Assembly: GCF_000970855.1 (NCBI RefSeq)
Contig: NZ_KQ034055.1
Location: 25,633-49,632 of the forward strand
DNA from: Lactobacillus helsingborgensis
GTDB taxonomy: Bacteria > Bacillota > Bacilli > Lactobacillales > Lactobacillaceae
DNA: 24,000 nt
Direction of reading: 5' to 3'
The position numbers and the translations under genes are program-made. Positions 16,174-22,858 of this stretch are shown here, piece by piece. How positions within the stretch are numbered: the stretch's first letter is position 1; each line of letters opens with the position of its first letter. The notes beneath the pieces are model-generated. The model did not search any database. It was not told the DNA's origin and saw only the letters and a list, made by a program, of their open reading frames with translations.

Positions 16174-16201
16174 ATTATAGAACTAAATATAAGTTTAGCA
16201 A
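16174..16201 (-). promoter_or_regulatory. Candidate sigma-A promoter of the KAP pair
   Basis: The minus strand reads TTGCTA (16201-16196), a 16-nt spacer, then TATAAT (16179-16174). This lies ~45 nt upstream of ATG 16130. Confidence 0.4.
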
Positions 16202-16271
16202 AATGAATTTTGGAAAAATAATATGAATAAGTTTAGTATAAAGATTTTTAAAAAAATCGAACTGTAATAAC

Positions 16272-16309
16272 AAAAAAGTGGATACTTTTATGTAGTATCC
16301 ACCTTTTTG
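16272..16309. terminator. Bidirectional rho-independent terminator separating the TA module from the KAP operon
   Basis: AAAAAA-GTGGATACT-TTTATGT-AGTATCCAC-CTTTTTGTTT. The stem is a perfect 9 bp with an A-run on one side and a T-run on the other. Confidence 0.65.
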
Positions 16310-16446
16310 TTTGATAATTTATTAATAAGTCTAAGTTTAGAAAAACTTATGCGGAAAGAAATTATTCTGAATAAATATGCATTATCTGTTTAGTGCTTTA
16401 TTACGAAGAATTAAATTAGTCCAAATTGTTTTGAATTTTAAATGGT

Positions 16447-16821
16447 CTATTTAGGTATTTTAGATAAATCAATTCTATCATAGGCGCCATTTTTGTTGTT
16501 TTCAGGATGTGGATCTAATCCAATAATGGTTATATCTCCTACATTAGGTGCGTAAACCCAAAACATCCTTCTTGCATTGCTAGTCTTATTTTCTAAATAA
16601 GACTGCCACACTTTCATTCCATATCTATTTGTTAGTGATGAAATTTCATGTGTATGAAGACCAGGATGTTTTGGATTTTCGGATAAAAATTTTAAAGCTT
16701 TACCCCATTTTTTATATAAGTTTGCGTCAGCTTTACTAATTGATTTACTACGATAAGATGTCTGTAACTTTTGCCATAACTCATCCATGTATGGCACTCC
16801 CATTATAATGTTAAACCGCAT
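16447..16821 (-). CDS. RelE/ParE-superfamily-like toxin (type II TA); start may be internal (16803 or 16788)
   Basis: The C-terminal pattern is HPGLHTHEISSLTNRYGMKVWQSYLENKTSNARRMFWVYAPNVGDITIIGLDPHPE. It fits the RelE/ParE core (H..L.G....W......YR..Y.....I.I..I..H). The gene directly abuts the upstream small gene (TAAATG). Confidence 0.55.
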   Translation of the reverse strand: MRFNIIMGVPYMDELWQKLQTSYRSKSISKADANLYKKWGKALKFLSENPKHPGLHTHEISSLTNRYGMKVWQSYLENKTSNARRMFWVYAPNVGDITIIGLDPHPENNKNGAYDRIDLSKIPK

Positions 16822-17061
16822 TTAAAAGTCCGATAAGTCTACTGGTGCAGACACTCTTCCTTTTTTTAAATTAGCAACAGATTCATCCATTACTTTTAAT
16901 GCTTTATCGGAAATATTTTTTGGTTTAACTAATTCTCTAGGCTCCAGAACTAAGCAGCCGTTGTCATATTCTTTTACGTGGTAATAGTCATATTTAGATT
17001 TACGAAGTGTAATCCGTTTTTTACTATCTGTATGAGCATTGTAATTGTTGATAACTTGCAT
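16822..17061 (-). CDS. AbrB/SpoVT-like antitoxin candidate
   Basis: Start at ATG 17061 with SD AAGGAG. The 79-aa product begins ..DSKKRITLRKSKYDYYHVKEYDNGCLVLEPRE.. (swapped-hairpin-like) and has an acidic tail. It sits upstream of and abuts the toxin-like ORF. Confidence 0.5.
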   Translation of the reverse strand: MQVINNYNAHTDSKKRITLRKSKYDYYHVKEYDNGCLVLEPRELVKPKNISDKALKVMDESVANLKKGRVSAPVDLSDF

Positions 17062-17076
17062 AATATATCTTCTCCT

Positions 17077-17100
17077 TTTCTGTGGGATTTCCCACAGAAA
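17077..17100. promoter_or_regulatory. Perfect palindromic operator between promoter and SD of the TA operon
   Basis: TTTCTGTGGGA-TT-TCCCACAGAAA has 11-bp arms. It lies immediately upstream of the SD of the antitoxin gene, the position typical of TA autoregulation sites. Confidence 0.5.
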
Positions 17101-17227
17101 GTATATCATATTAAAACAAGTAAAAAAAGAAAATTATACTCAATTGCAAGAATGGAATACGAGCAAATATATATTTAGATAGTATTGCATGCAAAAATCT
17201 ACAGACGTTTGGTTTAAATTTTAGCTA

Positions 17228-17839
17228 CTACCCAAAATCAATTGTGTCTAATATATGTTCACGTGTTTCTTGGTCTAACCCCAGGTATCGAAATGTTACT
17301 TTTTCCGATGAATGATTTAATAATTCAGACACTAGGGCAACATTGTAATGAGATTGTACATATACCCGATAAGCACCAGTTTTTCTCATGGTGTGTGTGC
17401 CAAGGTAATCAATTTGTAGTATTTCACCAACTTTATGCATTATCATGTAGAATCTACGTTCATCGATGTGCTTGTTAGGATGCGTCATTGAAGGAAATAA
17501 CCACTCACTCGTGAAAATAGTTTGCTTAGGATGTTCAGATTCGTATTTCTCAAGCCAATCATAATAATCTTCTAAATCTCGTTCAATTGGACGTAGATAT
17601 AAGATATTCCTTTTCTGAGTTTTTTTATCAATAGTATACGCATTTCTCTTAACACGACCATGATGATCGAAAACATCTTCTTTTTTAAGCCTAAGAACAT
17701 CGCTCACTCTAAGTAAAGTTGCCTTACCTACCTGAAAAATAGTGTAATTTCTTCTGCCTGTGTCAAATTTATGAAGAAGACAATCTTTTACTTGTTCTAA
17801 TACATTCGAGTCTTTAATTGGCTTAACTATCTGCTTCAT
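17228..17839 (-). CDS. Short tyrosine recombinase (catalytic domain only, 203 aa)
   Basis: The catalytic signature appears in order: TLLRVSDVLRL (Arg I), GTHTMRKTGA (His-x-x-Arg), LLNHSS (His/Trp position) and FRYLG (Tyr nucleophile). There is no N-terminal core-binding (SAM-like) domain. Confidence 0.8.
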   Translation of the reverse strand: MKQIVKPIKDSNVLEQVKDCLLHKFDTGRRNYTIFQVGKATLLRVSDVLRLKKEDVFDHHGRVKRNAYTIDKKTQKRNILYLRPIERDLEDYYDWLEKYESEHPKQTIFTSEWLFPSMTHPNKHIDERRFYMIMHKVGEILQIDYLGTHTMRKTGAYRVYVQSHYNVALVSELLNHSSEKVTFRYLGLDQETREHILDTIDFG

Positions 17840-17867
17840 AAGTTACTCTTTCTTTCTAAAATCCTAA

Positions 17868-17989
17868 TAGTGTTATTTTTATAAATATCTATATTATAGC
17901 ACTAGTTGTTTTTGCTAACTTATAAAAGTACTGATATAATAGCTTTTTTCACTTAATCAGCTAGTGTTATTTTTACAAAATAACACTAG
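17868..17989. repeat. Cluster of TAGTGTTATTTT repeats upstream of the short recombinase gene
   Basis: Direct copies lie at 17868-17880 and 17962-17974, with an inverted copy at 17977-17989. The latter two form the 13-bp perfect inverted repeat CTAGTGTTATTTT-TAC-AAAATAACACTAG. A degenerate copy, ACTAGTTGTTTTT, lies near 17901. Confidence 0.55.
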
Positions 17990-18116
17990 TAAGATTCGAA
18001 GAAAAGTAAATTAAGAGCAAAAACGCAAATTAGCATTTAAACAATTTAAATTAATAATTATCTATAACTCAAGTTGAACTTGGCCTTAGAATTGCGATCT
18101 CAGCATAAAAATAGTA

Positions 18117-18152
18117 TAAAAAAACTTCAATGCTTTTAGATTCATTGAAGTT
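18117..18152 (-). terminator. Rho-independent terminator of the MazEF-like operon
   Basis: Stem AACTTCAATG/CATTGAAGTT (10 bp) with a 10-nt loop. A run of seven T follows on the minus strand (18118-24). It lies 45 nt after the toxin stop. Confidence 0.65.
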
Positions 18153-18196
18153 TAATATCAATAACTGACTTATAGAAATAATTTGGGTAAATTTAA

Positions 18197-18586
18197 TTAT
18201 TGATCTAATTCTATAATTGCATTCGCGAAATTGATCAAAGTTTCTAAATATTCCCTTTTAACGCAATTTACAACTTTTCCATGTCGGTGAACAAAATCAA
18301 AATTTTGAATTTGCCACAAGCAAACAAAGCCCTTTATTCCGTTTTGTTTGTCTGGGATCAAAATAGGATAAAATCTTTTATCATTTTTTAGCCTAGATAC
18401 AGTAGAAATCGGCATGGCCACAATCATACCTGTCTTTTTGTTATATGAAGAGTTACTGATTACTACCATATACCTTCTAATATTATTTTTTTGTGGATCA
18501 TGTCCTCCGTATTCTCTACCAGCGTGTGGTTCAGCATCTATGATTATTACGTCTCCTTGACTTGGAAAATCAAATTCTTTACTCAT
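18197..18586 (-). CDS. MazF/PemK-family endoribonuclease toxin
   Basis: 129 aa. The N-terminus is PSQGDVIIIDAEPHAGREYGGH...RRYMVVISNSSYNKKTGMIVAMPISTV. This matches the PemK pattern GD(I/V)..(V/I)D..P..G.E..G.RP.(V/L)V(I/L)S....N...G...(V/A).P(I/L)(T/S). Confidence 0.8.
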   Translation of the reverse strand: MSKEFDFPSQGDVIIIDAEPHAGREYGGHDPQKNNIRRYMVVISNSSYNKKTGMIVAMPISTVSRLKNDKRFYPILIPDKQNGIKGFVCLWQIQNFDFVHRHGKVVNCVKREYLETLINFANAIIELDQ

Positions 18587-18608
18587 TTATAAAAGAACTC
18601 ACCTTATT

Positions 18609-18872
18609 TTATTCAAATCCCCAACCTTCATTTCCTACTGATTTAACTTCCGAAAGCTCAGGATTATTTACTAGTTCAGATTGAAAATCATAGTTACCAA
18701 AATCAGTATCATAAAGATTTACTTTTTTTGAGATCTTGAAGTTACTATGTTTTTGATCCTTTTCAATAGTCAATAAAGTACCTGGATTCCAATCTTCCTT
18801 CTTTCTTAGCTCTGCTGGCAAAGTAATTTGCCCTTTCTGGCTTACTTTCATGACATAACCTTGCTTTTGCAT
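18609..18872 (-). CDS. MazE/AbrB-type antitoxin
   Basis: Start at ATG 18872 with SD AGGAGG 9 nt upstream. The product begins MQKQGYVMKVSQKGQITLPAELRKKEDWNPGTLLTIEKD (SpoVT/AbrB swapped hairpin) and has an acidic C-terminus. It ends 22 nt before the toxin gene. Confidence 0.65.
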   Translation of the reverse strand: MQKQGYVMKVSQKGQITLPAELRKKEDWNPGTLLTIEKDQKHSNFKISKKVNLYDTDFGNYDFQSELVNNPELSEVKSVGNEGWGFE

Positions 18873-19305
18873 GGCAACAAACCTCCTCTTGGTAAACCGC
18901 CTTATCTTAAGAAGTAAACGGTAAACCTGCTTACATGATACTATAAAACATTGTAAAGATAAAGTTTTTTGTTGCAAGTATAACTACTGAATAGATTTAT
19001 GCTTTTTATTACTGCATGGTAATCTATAGTGGTCATAAATAGCACTACTAATAGTTTAGCTAAAAAATTAACTAATAAGTCTTAAGTAAGCATGATAAGG
19101 CATTTCTATGCTGTTTACCACCTTCTTAGATTTTCTTCAAGTTTAAGTGAGTCCTAAAAGTTGAGTTAACTGATTTTTCTACGTTAAATTTTTAGGAAAC
19201 ATTCATTTTCATAAAGATGGAGTATTACCAATAATTTTTTAAATTTACGATAAAGTATTATTTATAACATTAATGGAACACTTTTTTTGAGAAAGGTAAA
19301 CAAGT

Positions 19306-19992
19306 ATGGAAATAAAGTTTAGTAAAAAGGGCAGAACTCTTCTTTTTTTAGGAGGTTCAGCAATGCTTATGGTTGGCGAAACTCAAAGTCATGATACCGC
19401 AATTGCTACTACTCAAAAATCAAATCTAAATAAAACTTATGAAAAAACTAATTTTAACAAGAATAAGAAAAAAAAAGTCAAACTAGTTAGAGTTAAGTAC
19501 GGAGATACAACTTGGGACATAGCTCAAAAATACGACTCTTCTGTTCAGCAAATAGTTAATGATAATAAGCTTGAGAATGGTGGAAATTTAATTCATGTTA
19601 ATGATGAATTGAAAGTACGTCCACATTCTGGCAAAAGTGTTCCAAATTCGATACAACAAAAATACGACTCTTCAAGAAGTAATTATGATAGTAGTCAGAC
19701 TGCTAATGTGAATGATTCAACTTCAATAAACATTAATAAAGAAACAAAGAGTATTTTTTTAAGTAATGAAAAAGAAGCTAAAGAATGGATCGCTCAACGA
19801 GAGTCTGGCGGTAGTTACACAGCACGCAATCCATCATCAGGCGCCTACGGCCGTTATCAGTTGACGCCAGATAAATTACAAGGTGACTATTCAGCTGCAA
19901 ATCAGGAAAGAACAGCTGATACATATGTAAAAGCGAGATATGGTTCATGGCAAAATGCCAAACAATTTTGGATGGTTCACAATTGGTATTAG
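19306..19992 (+). CDS. Secreted LysM protein with APF-like (aggregation-promoting-factor type) C-terminal domain
   Basis: The N-terminus is signal-like. The LysM domain is VRVKYGDTTWDIAQKYDSSVQQIVNDNKLENGGNLIHVNDELKV. A Ser/Asn-rich linker follows. The C-terminus, WIAQRESGGSYTARNPSSGAYGRYQLTPDKLQGDYSAANQERTADTYVKARYGSWQNAKQFWMVHNWY, matches the conserved APF end of the L. johnsonii/gasseri/crispatus type as I remember it. Confidence 0.75.
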   Translation: MEIKFSKKGRTLLFLGGSAMLMVGETQSHDTAIATTQKSNLNKTYEKTNFNKNKKKKVKLVRVKYGDTTWDIAQKYDSSVQQIVNDNKLENGGNLIHVNDELKVRPHSGKSVPNSIQQKYDSSRSNYDSSQTANVNDSTSININKETKSIFLSNEKEAKEWIAQRESGGSYTARNPSSGAYGRYQLTPDKLQGDYSAANQERTADTYVKARYGSWQNAKQFWMVHNWY

Positions 19993-20025
19993 ATTTCGAA
20001 AATAGGTTGCTGTTGCAAAATCGCT

Positions 20026-20070
20026 AGCCTAGCAGTAATTTTAGTTTAAAATTACTGCTAGGCTTTGGTT
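20026..20070 (+). terminator. Rho-independent terminator of the LysM/APF-like gene
   Basis: Perfect 18-bp stem AGCCTAGCAGTAATTTTA/TAAAATTACTGCTAGGCT with a 3-nt loop, followed by a T-rich stretch. Confidence 0.7.
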
Positions 20071-20147
20071 TATGTTTTTTGAGTGTAACTTTTTCTTCCC
20101 ACTTTTTAAATAATGCTAAAATATTGTATAATTAGAAGTAAGTTCTT

Positions 20148-21221
20148 ATGCAAAGAGGTTTTGATTCAATGGATAGAGCTCATTATGTCAAATTAATAAA
20201 TGTAGAATTGAGACAACTTCCCTTTTATGTTCAAGAATTTTATCTAGAAAAAAATCTATCAATAACTACTAAATATCAGTATTTAACTGAAATTAGACGT
20301 TTTTTTACTTGGCTAAGACAAGAAGGAATTAGTTCGGCATCGGCAAACAAAAATGTTGAGCTTACAACGCTTGAACATCTTAAAAGAGACGATATTAAAC
20401 TATATATAGATTTTTTACGTAATAGTAGGAATAAACAAGGAAAATTTAATTCCCCTACTACGGTGAACAGGTCTATAGTTGCATTACGTTCATTGTTTCA
20501 CTATTTAACTGTCATTGCTGATAATAACAAAGGAGAACCTTATTTTTATCGAAACCCTATGGCCAAAATAGAGGCACTTCCTGCATCTAAGACATTGAAT
20601 TTCCGCGCGCATGAACTACGTTCACATATGTATCGTGGAAAGGAAAAACACGATTTTCTTAACTTCTTAGAAAACGAGTATGAAAACCACGTAAATAATT
20701 ATGTTAAAGGTCATTTTATTAAAAATAAGAAAAGAGACATTGCAATAATTGCTTTGATGTTAGGAACAGGAATTCGAGTTCAAGAAGCTGCTAATACGGA
20801 TACAAGCGATTTAGATTTAAAAAACGCAATGATAAAAGTAACCCGAAAAGGTGGTCAGAAAGACGCTGTTCCAATATCGGAATGGGTTATACCCTATGTT
20901 TCAAACTATTATAAGTCAAGAAAGGTAATATATTCTCCAGCAGCTGATAATAAGGCTCTATTTCTAGTCCGTTACAAAGATAAAGCAAAAAGAATTACTT
21001 CAAATGCTATAGAATCCTTTGTAAGTAAATATTCTGCTGCATTTGGAAAAAGGCTTACGCCACATAAACTAAGACATACTTTAGCTTCAGAATTATACGA
21101 GCAAACTAAAGATAAGGTTCTAGTTTCTCAACAATTAGGGCAACGAGGAACTACAGCAACAGATTTATATACTCATGTAGATCAGACAAAACAGAAAGAA
21201 GCATTAAATCGGACAAAATAG
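20148..21221 (+). CDS. Tyrosine recombinase, XerS-like architecture (start 20148 or 20169)
   Basis: 357 aa. The N-terminal pattern LPFYVQEFYLEKNLSITTKYQYLTEIRRFFTWL resembles the XerS N-terminus (..WYVLEYYQSK..T...YL.EYRRFF.WL). The catalytic residues are GTGIRVQEA (Arg), HKLRHT (His-x-x-Arg) and DLYTHV (Tyr). Confidence 0.7.
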   Translation: MQRGFDSMDRAHYVKLINVELRQLPFYVQEFYLEKNLSITTKYQYLTEIRRFFTWLRQEGISSASANKNVELTTLEHLKRDDIKLYIDFLRNSRNKQGKFNSPTTVNRSIVALRSLFHYLTVIADNNKGEPYFYRNPMAKIEALPASKTLNFRAHELRSHMYRGKEKHDFLNFLENEYENHVNNYVKGHFIKNKKRDIAIIALMLGTGIRVQEAANTDTSDLDLKNAMIKVTRKGGQKDAVPISEWVIPYVSNYYKSRKVIYSPAADNKALFLVRYKDKAKRITSNAIESFVSKYSAAFGKRLTPHKLRHTLASELYEQTKDKVLVSQQLGQRGTTATDLYTHVDQTKQKEALNRTK

Positions 21222-21536
21222 TATCTTATTTCTATTACTTAATGCCGTAAAACCGACTAAAATGCCATAACTATTATTACTACTAAATTATCTTAACAAA
21301 AAATATTTTATGTCTTTGAAAAGCAGTTCTAAAATCTAACTAAACTAAAATACAAGATACTGATTAAAAATCGGAACCGTGTACTAAAAGCTAAAAAAGC
21401 TAAGAGGGTACATTTTTATATTCTTTAATAAAAATACTTTCTGTTCACCATAGATTTGTAAAAAAACTGTTAAAACTTTTAAGTATATCATAATATTTTA
21501 TGTTGTTAAACGATATGATATGAAGAAGGAACTTAA

Positions 21537-22827
21537 TGTACTGAGCCCCAAAAGTTGGACAAACTTTTGGTTTTTTATGACTAAACTATCTAAACCGAAA
21601 AAATTGAACTTTAACAAGATTGGAAAATTAAGGGTATTTCGGTACTAACTATTGCTAGAAGAGAAAATCTAAATCCTACAGCTTTAAATTATAAAATTAA
21701 ACTAATTGATCGTAACGGCCCAGTTATTTTAGATTGTTCTCACCAAACTTATACCTAAGAATTCAAGGAAAATGCAATTAAGCATGCACTATTTGGCGCT
21801 AAATCTATTATTCAAGTATCACTATATTTGAGCTTGAGAATCTACGGTATGTTAAACTATTGGCTACGCGAATACAAAGAAAACGGGTACGATATCATTA
21901 TCAAACCCAAAGGACGAACTGCTCATAAACAAGAAAAAAGGAACTATTGCGACAGCAACTGCAACAGAAGATTCAGCATCTAGAAGAAGAGAGCTTGCAA
22001 TTGTGTATCGTCAATGCCTACAAAAAAAATAAATGCCTTGGAGCATAAAACACCCAAGAAATAATTTAGACGAATACTAAGCTAAGGTGCATCTTTAAAG
22101 TCAGCTTAGATTATATTTTTAAGACTTACCCTTATTTGCCCGCAGCATCTACTATTATGCTATTTCTCACTTGTTAAACAAAATAAGCAACCCAAATTAA
22201 CCGCTGGAATTAAAGAAGTTTATGACTATCATCAAAAACGTTATGGCTACCGACGGATTGCTCTGCAACAGATTAAAGAAGGCTAGCAAGCTAAATTAAA
22301 GTGGTCAGAAGGATTATGAATAAACTGGGTTTAAAAGCTAATAAATGAAATCGACATAAATATTCTAGTTATCGCGATACAGTGGGCAAGATTACACCCA
22401 TTTTAATTAAACCCAGCCTTCTTGCTTTAAGACCAAATATGAAGTGGTACGCCGATATTACTAAATTTTATCTTAAGGGGCAAAAGCTTTATTTGTTACC
22501 TGTCACCGATTCTAGATGGCTGAGCTGAGGAGATTGTTTTCTACTCAATTACATGGCATTACTCAAAGCGTGTCATGCAAGGAAAATTCAATGGACAACA
22601 GCTTAATAGAAAACTTCTTTGGCTTGCTTAAAATGGAAATGTTTTACGGTCAAGAATATAAGTGCCATAATCTGCAAAAACTAACTAAAGCATTCACAAA
22701 ATGCATTCGCTACTAAAACGAAGAAAGTATTAAAGAAAGACCAAAAGGCCCGATCTCGAAAGAACATCGAGCACAAGCCTTAAAGAAATGATATTAACTT
22801 TTTGTCTAAGTTTTTGGGTCCAGTATA
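21537..22827 (+). mobile_element. Decayed IS3-family insertion sequence (about 1.29 kb) with imperfect terminal inverted repeats
   Basis: The left end is TGTACTGAGCCCCAAAAGTTGGACA (21537-21561). The reverse complement of the right end (22803-22827) is TATACTGGACCCAAAAACTTAGACA, matching at 19 of 25 positions by my count. The interior encodes OrfA- and OrfB-like transposase fragments. Confidence 0.75.
21567..22791 (+). pseudogene. IS3-family transposase (OrfA HTH + DDE OrfB) disrupted by multiple stops and frameshifts
   Basis: Recognisable fragments are MTKLSKPKKLNFNKIGKL.., ..LREYKENGYDIIIKPKGR.., ..HQKRYGYRRIALQ.., ..MKWYADITKF.., and the C-terminal ..CKENSMDNSLIENFFGLLKMEMFYGQEY...NEERIKERPKGPISKEHR. 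That C-terminus matches the IS3 end pattern (GNC.DN...E.FF..LK.E..Y........Y.N..R.K..L.G.SP.E.R). In-frame TAA/TGA codons occur throughout, and the longest open piece is only 66 aa (22516-22716). Confidence 0.75.
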
Positions 22828-22858
22828 TAAACTAGATAGTAATTAAATCCAAAATAGG

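Noticed and set aside
22516-22716. A 66-aa ORF as a stand-alone gene.
   Set aside because: It is the longest surviving open fragment of the IS3-family OrfB C-terminus (..DNSLIENFFGLLKMEMFYGQEY..). The homologous reading continues past its stop and before its start, with stops and frameshifts.
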